64,000 bases of DNA from Pelagomonas calceolata (taxonomy: Eukaryota): the NCBI GenBank assembly GCA_918797485.1, contig CAKKNE010000004.1:1612001-1676000 (forward strand). The letters are read 5' to 3'. A program made the translations under genes and the position numbers. Shown here in pieces: positions 23,179 through 35,000 of the stretch. The notes under the pieces were generated by a model, which was not told where the DNA came from, made no database searches, and was given only the letters and a program-made list of their open reading frames with translations. The first letter of the stretch is position 1. The number at the start of each line of letters is the position of its first letter.

Positions 23179-23894
23179 CCCCGATTTCGGTTGCCGTGAG
23201 GCTCCGCAGGGTTTGATATCGTAGTGCAGCTCCGATTGTGGCTTGTAAAGGGTTGCACTTGTCCTCAGTCCCGAAAGTCGTCGATTTATTGATGTCGCCG
23301 CGTAGGCCGAGAACTTCAAATCGGACTCTCGCGACGCAAGACGGCCACTACGATACGCCAAGATGACCGTAGCTTCGCCCGGTCGTAGCAGGATAGCAGC
23401 CGCGCGGAGGGCAGCTACTGCGCACGCCCGGCGAGATTCGTGCGTACGAAGGTGGGGATTCACCTGTAGCTGGATCTTGGCGCTACGTGCGTCCTTTTAT
23501 ATGCCGAAAGCCGAGTATCCCGCATTTCCGGGCGCTCGGGCAGCCCGAATATCTCGTTTATTCGGCCTTTTCTCTTAGGTAGGGGGGGGGGGATCAAAGT
23601 GACCCCCCCGATTTCGGTTGCCGTGAGGCTCCGCGGGGTTTGTCCTCAGCCCGAAAGTTACTAGTACTAGATAGAAAGTTATCGATTCACTGGATAGTTT
23701 TTTTTTTGACGCCGCGTACGCCTAGTACCTCGAATCGGTTTCTCGCGACGCTAAGGCGGTCACTATGATACGCCAAGATGACCGTAGCTTTCAGCTATGC
23801 CACTTTTAGCGGCTATGCCCGGCCGCTTTTGGCTATGCCACCGTGACCGGGCGTGCGCAGAAACTGCCCTCCGCGCGGCTGCTATCCTGGTACG
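23179..23894. repeat. Diverged local duplication (23179-23431 and 23606-23894) with an internal inversion
   Basis: Direct matches CCGATTTCGGTTGCCGTGAGGCTCCGC and GATACGCCAAGATGACCGTAGCTT; 23384-23431 is the reverse complement of 23847-23894. Confidence 0.85.
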
Positions 23895-24362
23895 CAATCT
23901 CGAACATAACGTAAAATGGCGGACACTGCAGAAGAGAACGTCGGCAACCCTCCTTGGAGAGGCAATGCTGAAGACATTTCTCCCACTGGCATGGTAAGAT
24001 TCACCCACCCGGGCCTTGTGTCACGGTGGTTCCCAGCGAGCTTTCGCCACTCACGCTATCAAAGGGGGCCGGGGAGTTCCTGAATCTAAGGAGCTTGTTC
24101 CTTTTAGAGTTGTTAGTTTGAGCCTCCGGTCTTCCTTAATTTCAAGTTATTCATTTTACTTCATTTGGGTCCCGCCCGGGGCCGGGGGAGGGTTATTATG
24201 ACAGTGTTCGTGGACTCCGATGGGACTTCTTGAAATATCTACCTGGCAGGTAGACTAGACATCGAAGATAGCGGACGCATGAGATGACCCTGTCACGGTT
24301 TTGAAAATCAGTCCAAGCCCATCTGTGGCTTAACGGTTCGTGGCCTAGGCCACAAGACTAAG

Positions 24363-24864
24363 TCATCTCTGGCCTTTTCCTCGCTGCCAACAGAGCCTGC
24401 ATGTCTCTGATAGTTCCAGGCTAACGGCAGTGGCAACCTTAACAAGCATACCAGAAGCACATAGCTTGCTGGACTCAAAGTCCTTCCTATGAGTGACTTA
24501 AAGAAATGGTAGTTAGTATGTCTCTTCTTACCTCATTCTTGATATCTCTGCCTCTGTAGAAATCTTCATGTCTGTGAATTCATCCGCACAACATGTCTGG
24601 ACAACCACAAACTCTAACTTCTACGAGGGAGAATCTCGCACCTTATTGCCAGATCCCTGAAATAAAGCCTCCCGTCCCTTGTAGATCTGATTTATGACTG
24701 TCTCGGCTTCGCGCTTGGCTTCTTTGATACGCTCACCGCGGGCTACAAGACGATGATCCAGGATTTTGGTTGAATATTGAGAACAAACCCGCGCGTGCTT
24801 CGGTTACAATCTTCGAAGCACGATTTTCCGCTGTCATGAGCTCAGAGATTCCATCTCGAGTCAT
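24363..24864 (-). CDS. ATP6V1G: V-type H+-ATPase subunit G (4 exons, missed by the ORF track)
   Basis: The spliced translation MTRDGISELMTAENRASKIVTEARAARGERIKEAKREAE matches the subunit G N-terminal pattern (GIqqLl.AE..A...V.eAR..r..rlKqAk.EA); three short GT-AG introns. Confidence 0.85.
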
Positions 24865-26275
24865 CGTGCAGCTAAAGGCTACGTTACCGTAGCTCTACCT
24901 TCTGCGGTACGAAGTTTGTTGCGTGCTGCGGTAGGTAGCTGCTATTATAGCAACCGAAAAACTTAGTACCCCAAAAAATACACACACGATGGGCGGCGGT
25001 GGCGTGCCCCTTCGATGAGTCGGCGTCCTCCACAAGGTCCCTGTCGGCCTCCGAATCCTCCGGTATTTCGCCGAACTTGCCGAAGACCAGGTCGCGGATC
25101 AGGGTGGTGTACTCCGGTATCCGAGTCCCCTTAGTAGGGATCCCGGCCAGGTCGCGGAAGTCGCCTCCCACTCCTAACTATACATCATCCTGAGTCACTT
25201 TATTTCCCCCTGCATCGCAATGACAACAACAACAACAACAACAACCGTCCCGCGCGATTTCCGCCGTGGTGCCGCGCAAGAGAAAAAAGAATCCGGCGTG
25301 CGCGCAACGCCACCACCCGCAGCTTAAAGAGCACCTCTATACGTCTCGTGTAGACGGGTTCTCCACTGGAAGCGGCCGCCAGAGATAACTTGGCTCCGAG
25401 CGCAGCCTGAGCGCGTAGTGTAATATGCGCGCCAGGAATTTTGGCGTGCACGGGCCGTTTCTGGTGATCTCGGCGACTCTGTCGGGTCGTAGCATCGCTC
25501 CCGCACCCACGTGCAGGCGGAAATGTGCCCACGCTGCGGTTTCTTGTTCCAAAAACTTGATTGAACGTATGCGCCGCGTGCCGCACGCCGCCGACGCGTG
25601 TCATGGCCCCGACGTTTCCGCTTACCTGACTCCCGAGGACATCACTGCTGAGTCAATTTCCCGACTCGGCGAAACAGCTCGCCAACGGCCGCAACGCCAT
25701 TACAATATAAATAGCCTCTTTTCATCACTAGTACCCCGGGGTGTTACCTCCTCGTCTAAAACATATTCGGGTTTGGGGTGCTGCCCGGGGGAGCTATCTC
25801 CCACGAGCGTGCCCGTAATCTTGCTGCCGGTCGTAGAAGCGTGCGTCGGCATGGCCGTGCGCGGGCGCGTTGGCGAAGTCCGGGTTGCCGCTGACGAGCC
25901 GGAGGGCCGATCTTGATCCGGGCGTACTCGCGCGCGGTCTTGATGCCCCAGCGACGGTAAAGCGTTTGTGTCGTCGCGAGCGTGCTGTCGCTGCTTTTCC
26001 GGTGGTTCCGGTCTTGGAGTAGGACAAAAATATATGTCATAAGCGCCAGTGGCGGGCCGTGGGGGGGGGGGGGGGCGACGTAGCGTCCATGATAGATACG
26101 CGCACCTAGCCCTTGAGCACCTTTTGTTGTGCCTGCCCGCTGTAGTGTTAGCCGGAATGTGCACATGCCTTCTCAAACGCACGGACCAACGTAGTTTTAG
26201 CCGGAAACTGTGAACAGCCCTAGTCCTTGGCATAAGCACGGCAGCAGCAGCTTCTTGCTTGCTAGTCATCACACC

Positions 26276-28232
26276 ATGACGGACGAGCAAGCGACGGTGA
26301 AACGCGCAGCCCGTCTACTGCGTGCACGCGAATTGGTCGCGCAAGGGCATTTCAGGGCCTGCGAGACGACCGAGTTGCAGATCATCTCAGAGAATGACAC
26401 AAGTAAGGGAAATACTTTGACGCCAGCCTCAGGACCGGAATTCCCCGGACGCGGACGCGGAAACAATTGGAAGGCGCGTGGTGGTCGCTCTTCTCGTGGT
26501 AGCGAAAACCGGAATCGCACCTCTTTGCCTCGGATTCCCCGGCCGCATACATCTGAACAACCTGTACGATCGCGGCAGCAAGTCTCTGTCGGTTCCGTTG
26601 CGGCTTCACGCAAAGTTTGGCAACCCAAGTCAGCACGTGCTCTTGACATGGTTTCGTCAGCATCCAAGGGACCAATATCTGCAGAGGTGGATGCGCCCGT
26701 GATGGTTTTCTCTGGAGAGGATGATGTAGAACGGCCAACTCTACCAATACACAGGATATCTGCATATGATGCCTTGGGGGAACTCGGGAAGGGGCAGTTT
26801 GGCATTGTATCGCAGGCTGTCCGATGCAAGAGGGGCGGTGCAAAAGAGGTTGTGGCAATTAAGATGCTTAAGTTTGACTTTTTGAAAGAGGGGTTTCCAC
26901 TAGAGGCTTTGCGAGAGATCACATTACTGTCCTCCCTGCGTCACCCAAATATTGTACGAATGCACGCAGTTGCTTGCGGCAGTGGTGAGGCCCCGAGTGA
27001 ATGGCACCTGGTCATGGAGCCAGCTGGCCACGAACTGACAACACTGGTCAAGGGTGCGCGGCAACGGCCCATGACCGAAGCACAAGTTAAGCATCTTATG
27101 CTACAGCTCCTGCGAGCGCTTGCCGCCCTTCACAGTGTGTGGGTGATGCACCGGGACCTCAAGACGCCAAATGTGCTGGTGGATGATAGAGGGTTGTTGC
27201 GACTGTGTGATTTCGGCCTTGCACGGAGAGTTTGCTGCGGCCTCGAACTTGATCCATCCTATACTACCAGCCAGCACGAGAGTGCTACAGTGAGTAAGCA
27301 CAACTTTTTTTACGTATCTGGTCAAGACAAAACACATAAACGCATGCGCACGGCTATCAACGAGAGCCTAACCAGTCGTAGCAGAAGGTTCAACGAACCT
27401 TATGCTACACACACTCCAAATGTCATTTCTGGCCACTACCGACCCCCAGAAGTTCTCCTTGGATGCCGAGATTATGGGCGAGCTGCCGATCTCTGGTCGG
27501 CTGGGTGTATTTTTGGTGAACTTCTTTCAAGACAGGTCCTTTTCCCCGGAAAAGATGAGCCGGACCAGCTAACCATAATCTTTGATCTTCTTGGCGAACC
27601 AACTGAAAAGAGATGGCCTCTTTATCCGTGCGTAGCCTGTGTCAAAATTTAGTTTTAACGGCCAGGATGGACAGTTTGTTGACAGGCAACTTGCGCGACT
27701 GCGTGGCTTCCGCTTTGCGCCTTCATCACCGATACCAACGGTCATGGCTAAGGGTGGGACAGACCTTCTTCGACGCAAGTTCCCTGCTTCTGGATTTGAT
27801 GGGACCCATGCACCCTTAAATGCAATGTCTCTGGTGACCCCACTAACCCAAATCACCACAAGCTTGAGCAATACGGGTTTCTTTCTGTTATCTAAATTGC
27901 TGGAGAAATCCCCCGAACATCGCATTGTGGCAGCAGATGCTAAAGGCGATCGCTGGTTTGCATCACGCCCTTCTCCTGAGGCCCTGAGTGTCACAGATAT
28001 CATGCCCCTTCTTCAGCTTGCTAAGATTGAGGATGTTGCCACTCAAAATGTACCACAATTCGCACCCACGGGCTTCTCGGGAGCTTCCCTGCCGCAATCT
28101 AACGTGCTAGCACCAACTGAAGGTAATACCCAAAACCCGTCCTTGGTGAACCAATCCCAAGGGGACGTCAGTGCTGCTTTGGCAGTAGCTCGAGCTCGGG
28201 CTCATGCTCTCAACCGCCAGCGTCACCTTTGA
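26276..28232 (+). CDS. Cyclin-dependent kinase, CDK10/CDK11 (PITSLRE)-like
   Basis: GKGQFG, VAIK, EGFPLEALREI, HRDLKTPN, CDFGLAR, YRPPE, DLWSAGCIFGELL. GT-AG intron 27628-27685 gives WPLYPQLARL. Confidence 0.85.
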
Positions 28233-28754
28233 GTTCTGGGACCTCTGTCTTTGAGCCTCTATAGCCCGTGGTCTCCTCGATAGTGAGCTGGCACATCCAA
28301 GTCGAGTGTGTATACCGTGACTTTCGCAACACTATGCGTTCCTCATTTCAAGTTGATGCTGGACCCGGAAGTTACTAGTAGATGCAATAATACCGGGGTC
28401 GTATGACAAATGGTGACGGAAGGGACCGGATGATGATATAGTTGTAGCATTCACCATTTTCGAGATTTTATTTAGAGGCCGATTAAGCCCTATTTGCTGC
28501 GCTCATGGGACAATGATAAAAAACGACACAACCGTGACCAAAAATTACCAAATATATATAATTTAAGACTGGATTTCGAGCTAGCCTTATCGTTCGCTCC
28601 CAGAGAAGCGGCCCAGACCAGTAGATGCTCTTCAAGTTTATTATTATTAATAGTAACCTCAGCCTGACTTGGCCAAAATGGGCACCTCCGACTCGGACTC
28701 GGAGTCAACTTGAACTTGAAAGGCCCGGGCCCCGGCGGGCGGCCGGGCCCGGAT

Positions 28755-28805
28755 GCACTTCCGTGGCAAGCTAGTGTCGCTGTGTGCTTAGGATGCCCCT
28801 GGGGC
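28755..28805 (+). repeat. Repeat family C fragment; second copy at about 61344-61408
   Basis: Shared GGCAAGCTAGTGTCGCT...AGGATGCCCCT; the second copy carries hexamer insertions. Confidence 0.7.
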
Positions 28806-29122
28806 CAAACGGGCCAAGTTTCCGGATTAGGGTTCTCCCGATCGGCCGCGAGTCTGGCTTGCGACGGCCCGGGGAGGCCCGGGGCAGTGACCGTGACCGT
28901 GACTCGGACTCGGCCGGGCGCCTGAGCTGAGCTCCAGTCACGGTGAATAAAAGTGACACAACTTGGTACTTGTCTTCTCATACAGTATAAAGTCCCTGAT
29001 ATTTCAGAACCCCCGAGGCTCTTGCCCTTCTACTAGTGGGAGGACCGGGTGCGCATCGGGCAGTATCCAGGTATCTTTGACCTGTGCCCTGCTGGTGGCA
29101 TCTTGCCTTTTTATACTTGGCA

Positions 29123-29837
29123 ATGTTAAAACGTCTTACAGCTGCGCTCTCAAAAAAAGACAAGGATGTGCACATTCTAGTACTCGGACTTGACAACAGT
29201 GGTAAATCATCCCTCATCCAGCATATTAAGCCAAAGAAGTACCAAGAAAAAGCTGCAACATACGAAGCAACGCCCACGGTGGGGTTCCAAACGGACAAGT
29301 TTCATGTAAATTCCCCCTTCATCGTGTGGATAAGCAATATTGGATTCTTAGGTGAACAACCTCGCCATCACTTGTTTTGACATGTCTGGTCAGTCACGCT
29401 ATAGATCACTTTGGGAACACTATTATGTTCAAGTTGAGGCTATAATTTTTGTCGTTGACTCTACTGATAGGTAATTCTCGCGGATTGGATTTCCCATGAT
29501 AGAACACGTGCTAGGATTAGAATGTGTGTTGCAAAAGATGAGCTTGAAATGCTTTTAAAGCACCGCGACATTTGCGCCAGTCCGGTTCCTATCATATTTT
29601 TTGCCAACAAAATGGATATTCCGGGTGCACTCACACCTTTCGAGTGTAGCCAACAGCTTGAACTTGACCGCATATCTGATCGACCATGGCATATAGCGTA
29701 GGTGCAGGGGTCCTTGATGAATGTATTGCTATAAACGTAGGCCAAGCGATGCGCTAAGGGGAGTTGGCCTACAAGAGGGCATGGAATGGCTCGCTTCTCA
29801 TGTGACCCCTAAAAGTCGCAAGTGGAGCCGCAAGTGA
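29123..29837 (+). CDS. ARL6: ADP-ribosylation factor-like GTPase 6 (BBS3)
   Basis: After removing three GT-AG introns: [75 protein letters not shown]. Confidence 0.93.
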
Positions 29838-30354
29838 ACCGAGGTGGCGGAGCTGCAAAGTGACCAGCGGCAATATTTTGCTCAAGACTATGACTCGCCC
29901 AAAGCCAACGCTATAGACCAGAGTCTGGAATCAGCTGCCTGAACGTCACGTCTCCAGTACTATGCCAATAGCAGAGAGTTACCTTCCCCCTATTTGATGC
30001 GCAGATGCATACGTGACTAAACTCGACAGAATGAGCATTATCGAGACCGCGAGTTTGATGTTGCCAGGAGGCTTAACTAGTATGAAACATCCTCCTTTCG
30101 TGGTCACATTCGCATGGGACTGTGCCTGGCATCCAACACTACGGTCCCACTCGACCCGGGCTCGTGGTCTAATGGGGTCCACGGCTGAGATAGCGTGCTG
30201 CCAATGCCGTGGGTTGCCAACACACTTTTGAACTTCGCCGAAATTATTGCAAACCCCCTGCTTTGGCACCAGTTTCCCGGGCGGTATAGTACGAATATTT
30301 TTTTTCCTATCGGCGTTCAAGTTCCGGGCAATATTTACATAAGGCCCAAGTCCC

Positions 30355-30934
30355 CAAGGCCGGACATCGGTTAATTCCTTGGAGTAAGATTCTGCCTTAC
30401 CTTCCCTTAGCTCTAATTAGAATGAAGTAGCCTGCGACGCTTAAGACTCCTTGGAGATTTCGACTCGGAACTTGAAATTTATAGGGGGTCAAGCGCAAGT
30501 CGACGTTGGCAGCTTTTGGCGCAATTGAGCGCACAGCCAAATGCCGACCGAATGGCGGCAAACTTTTACTCAGGCGCAGGTTCCGTATGCTAAAGTAATG
30601 GGCTGCCACAGTGTGCAAAGTTCAAGTTTGGTGCCAGTGCGGCGGTGCGGGCCGCAGCCTTGTGCTGAAAAATCAGCTGTGACGCGGTAGGAGGCTCAGC
30701 TGGAAACCCGCGAGCTCTGGAGGCCCGGGGCTCGTCGCCCGTTGATTTATCTTTTGCCTTAGTCTACTCTGACACGGCACGATCATACTATGATCATACG
30801 ATGGCCGAGATAAAACCCGCCCGGAAACCAATCGCGCCAACGGACGGGATGAATCGTCCTCTAATTCACCACTAATTATTTCCTATCGCCCCATATCTAT
30901 AGGGCTCCTAAGGAACATCCGATATCCGGCCCTG
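30355..30934 (+). mobile_element. MITE family A, full-length copy carrying several small insertions
   Basis: TIRs CAAGGCCGGACATCGG and CCGATATCCGGCCCTG; collinear with 13432-13943. Confidence 0.85.
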
Positions 30935-32008
30935 CTTACTAGTAAGGCCCACTGGCAAGAGGGACTCCGAGTCCGAGTCGGAATTTCGGGGTTGTCACTG
31001 TGTCTAGGTCGAATTACTCTAGGGCCAGGCGTTACAGTGCACACATCAGGCCAGCGCCCGGACCTGATCATAGCTTGTTGAGGGATTCAAGTTGCCAGTG
31101 CCAGTCACGGTGGTACTTCAGCGATCTATCATGATGATGATAATGAGTCGAGTCGTGGCTGAAGTGGCCCAGGGTTTAATTCAAGCTCGGCCTGCAGCTT
31201 GGAGGTAGCAGAACTTGAACCTTGAAAAATGTTGTAGAAAATAAAATTTACACTCAGGCTGTAAAAAATGCCGCGGCTATTTGGAAGTGTGGTTGCCGGT
31301 ACTTTCGCCCCGGGGACCGGAAGGCGCCGAACAGTGGCAATATTCACCGATCATCTCCTCGAAAGTCGCAGCTCACTGGACGTATTGCTTTTTACTGCTT
31401 TTTGCTCTAAATTTTTTAGCAAGCCGATAATCATGATCATGATGACTTTCAATGTCGTAAAGAAATTCAAACTTAGCCTGAGGGCCTATATAGCTTGAAT
31501 CGAAAATTCTAAACGGGCCTCAGGCTATAACACCCTATGATCGCCCAGACATCCGGAGAGAAGTACTACTAGCCTGGGTTCCTGCGGTTGCGTAGGTCAG
31601 TAGGATAGGATGAGTAGCTTACTCAGGCTAGTCACGGCCCGGGTACTACTAAGCGCTGACGTGATCTAGGCTAGCCACTTGGCTAGCCGCGGCATCTGAA
31701 AATCTCGAGCCAACTAGGGGAGGGATAAGGTAGATCACGCGCATTGCTGACTCGGAGATTCTGTGTTTGCAAATATAGCCTTGTGTTCCGAGTCAAGTTT
31801 CCGAGCTTCAGGCTGCCGGCGGCGGACGACGCCCCTCCATGGTTACCCCTAAGAGTCCTGCGAGGAGCCTCCGCGCTTCCCGGGCAAACTTAAGGTGTTC
31901 GCCCTCCCTGCCCTGCCCTGGAGAGGGCTGGGACTTTAGATTGCGGCCCTACTGATCCCGCCTACCGTAGGTAGGCACATGTATCAGGGCTACATGGCGG
32001 CGGGTAAA

Positions 32009-35000
32009 ATGATTTCAAATTTTGCGACTTGTTGCATTGTACTGCTCAGAGGCACGTGTGCGCTGTCAGAACTTTCCGTGAAGATCCTCGCACAGAAGCG
32101 AGTTGAACCTCTACATCGCCTTTTGTCGTCGCTTCAAACTACCTTATACCCGCCCACGGCAAATGTCGATGTCGAGATCCATGTGGACCAATTACCCTCT
32201 GAGGGGTTTCATCTCTGGTCGCGGAGGTCCGCGCGGGATATAGAACAACGTGAAAAGGTTCTCGAGCTCTCTGACAATTTCGTGCGAAACTGGAGTCACG
32301 GTAATGCCAGAGTTGTGAAGCTAGAGAAATGGCATGGTGTCCGAGGCATGTGGCTTGCTTGTGCTGATCCTGGATTATATGGCGAGGAATTCTCGCGCTT
32401 TGTGATTTTCGAGGATGACGTTGAATTATCCACTGCCTGGTACGTATTTCCCCAGCTGCCTATGCTCTGAATCACCACCTAGGTTTGAATATCTTGCAGC
32501 AGCACATCGCGCGTACTCGATGAGTACCGGCATTGCTGGGATATCACTTCAGCGTCAAGCGGGTCGCATGGATGCCTACCCCGAAGAACTCGAGGGCAAA
32601 CGAGTTCGCCCTGGCAAGAATCAGCCGTTGGCTGCATTGAAGCCAACGACATACCGCGATACGCTCTATCTATTCCCACACGTTGGTAGCTGGGGATTTT
32701 CACCAGAGCCTAAAGTGTGGCATGATTTTTTGGACTGGTTTAAAAATCTTGAGGATGTAGATGCCCCCGAGAACTGGGTAACGCTAGTAGATACGGGCAA
32801 ACAAGTGAATCCAAAGCGTGAATCCCTCCCGTCTAGGTGGTATAGGCACGCGTTGAGCTCGCAGCGTGGTGAGCTGGGCATCTCGCAGGGGGGGGTGGCA
32901 GAGACAACTTCAAGCATGTGGACAGCCCACTTTGATACATTTTGCATGCAACGAGGTTTGTTTACATTGCACCCTCATCTCTTTGTATCCCAGGATGATG
33001 GGGGCGATTCGTTGGAGGTAGGACTTGCCAGGTCATGGCGGGAAGATGGAGCTCACTATCGGGGCTTCAATACACCAGATAGTTCCTTGCTTAGCCTGAA
33101 AGCCTGGCGAACTAAGTATTTATCTGGCTCGCTTACTGGTTTGTTTTTACCCGATGATGAAGTAGCACGGTTGACCCACGGGGGTGAGCGGCTTTCCAGT
33201 TCCGACGTGGCATATTTAAAGCGGCAATACGCAGCTAACAATCTCCAGCTCTCTGTGAATGCAGAAGGCCGGCGCTTGTTTGACTTGGACGTGTATTGGA
33301 ATTTGGAGAGCTCCATAGCACTCGATGATTTGACACATGCAGTGAATGGAAACACGTTTGGGTACTATAATCCACTCTCCACGATTACTCAAACCCAGGC
33401 ACACTGTATTCTTGGGGGGAAGTCGGTCGCCATTTTGGGTGATTCCATTTCCCGATATTTTACTTACACATTTAATCATTTTTTGGAGCACGGTGTGATT
33501 GCCGCCGAATGGGGGGAGCAAAATGGCGGCTGTGGAAAGTGGGGATGCGGTAACAGAGCAGATGGCGAGGCATGCTACGTCGGACCCTACTTTGATTGTG
33601 GCACAACTTGGACCGACGGCACGGACCGTTCCGGCAAAGCAGATCACCGCCAACACATTACAGCAACCATAGAAGGAGGTTACGGCGAAATAAAAACTAC
33701 TTTCTACTTCATTCAGGATACATGGTATGACGCCCTGCAAACTGAAGCTGCAGCAATTAAAGACCACGATGTGGTGATTGTAAATTCTGGCTGGTGGGAG
33801 CTCAAAGAAGACGACGACGACGATCACAGGTCAGATTCTTGCTCATTTGACGACGACGATGATGTTTCTGACTTTTACACTGATTCCGATTGCCTAGAGT
33901 CCTATGAGGACGACCTTAACGATCTGGTCGAAAGTATATTAAAATTCTTTGTTGTTGACGCTGAGAAGGCCGTGATATGGCGCCAAGTAACCTGTTGTGG
34001 CGTCAACTATATCGACTCCAGGCAGCGCATAGGCGCCATTGCTGTTGGAGCCATGAATGCGATCGCAGACAAAGTCATGGCTGACAACTCGATTGATACT
34101 GTTGCCGTGTACCAAATGTCCAATGTTGTCAATTTGATAAGTCGCACCTTCGACAACTTTCATCCTCGTTCCAATCAGTTGCATGTCTGGACACAGCTAT
34201 GCCTCAACAAAATTGCGAAGCAGCTCAACAAGGTTGATGAATGTCTCGTTTCTCCATCATCTACTCCATCAGCAAAGCCTGCCCCAACTCTAGGCTCAAA
34301 CCCTACAACGCCGTCGCCCTCTCATGGACAGCTCCCGTCTGCATCAGGCACACCATCACCAACAGCGCATCCGGCGACCGCAGCACCGATGGTTGTGACG
34401 CCAAGACCGACGAAAGCTCCATACCCATGGCCAACCAAACACCCCACTGAGGATCCTAATTTGAACATGGACTCTTCAGGATATGACATGGGTGAAGATG
34501 TGCGCGAGGCTTCAAGATCTCAGACCTTGATGGTCGGTAACCAGACATTTGAATTTACCTGTTTTTCATCAAATGACGGAATCACGTACAAAAACAAGCC
34601 AGCCTTGGACTTAGGAGAGTGTCCCACGGCTGGACAGAAAGTTTTATTGGCAATATTCATAGCTTCCTTGGCCTCGTACGTGATCGCGCTGATGCTGAAG
34701 CCACCAGGCACAAAAGGGTCTAGCTTGCGTGCATTTCAGGCGTCAGCAAGTAACTCCACGGGGCCATCTACAGCCAGCAAGACCGAGATATCTACTTTAG
34801 AAGACGAACTTTCTAACTCTGCACTTCAAGTTCTTCGCCAGATGGAGGACATCGAGGTTCGGTCTGGACCAAGCCAGCTCGCATCCGTTGCTGAGTGCAA
34901 AAATGAAAGCTGCGATTTTTCGGGCAAAGGCTCTGAAAGCTGCAACACAAAGGTGACAGCATCACGGGCCGTAGCTCGACAACGATCCTCAGCGCAACGA

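Noticed and set aside
28681..28945. CRISPR array or satellite
   Set aside because: There is no constant repeat with regular spacers, and the context is eukaryotic. The Cas1 domain at 35300-36600 is the capsule O-acetyltransferase, unrelated to CRISPR Cas1.
30607..30613. CACAGTG as a RAG/Transib heptamer
   Set aside because: It is fully explained as the +8 variant TG-C-CA-CA-G-TG, and there is no nonamer or TIR partner.
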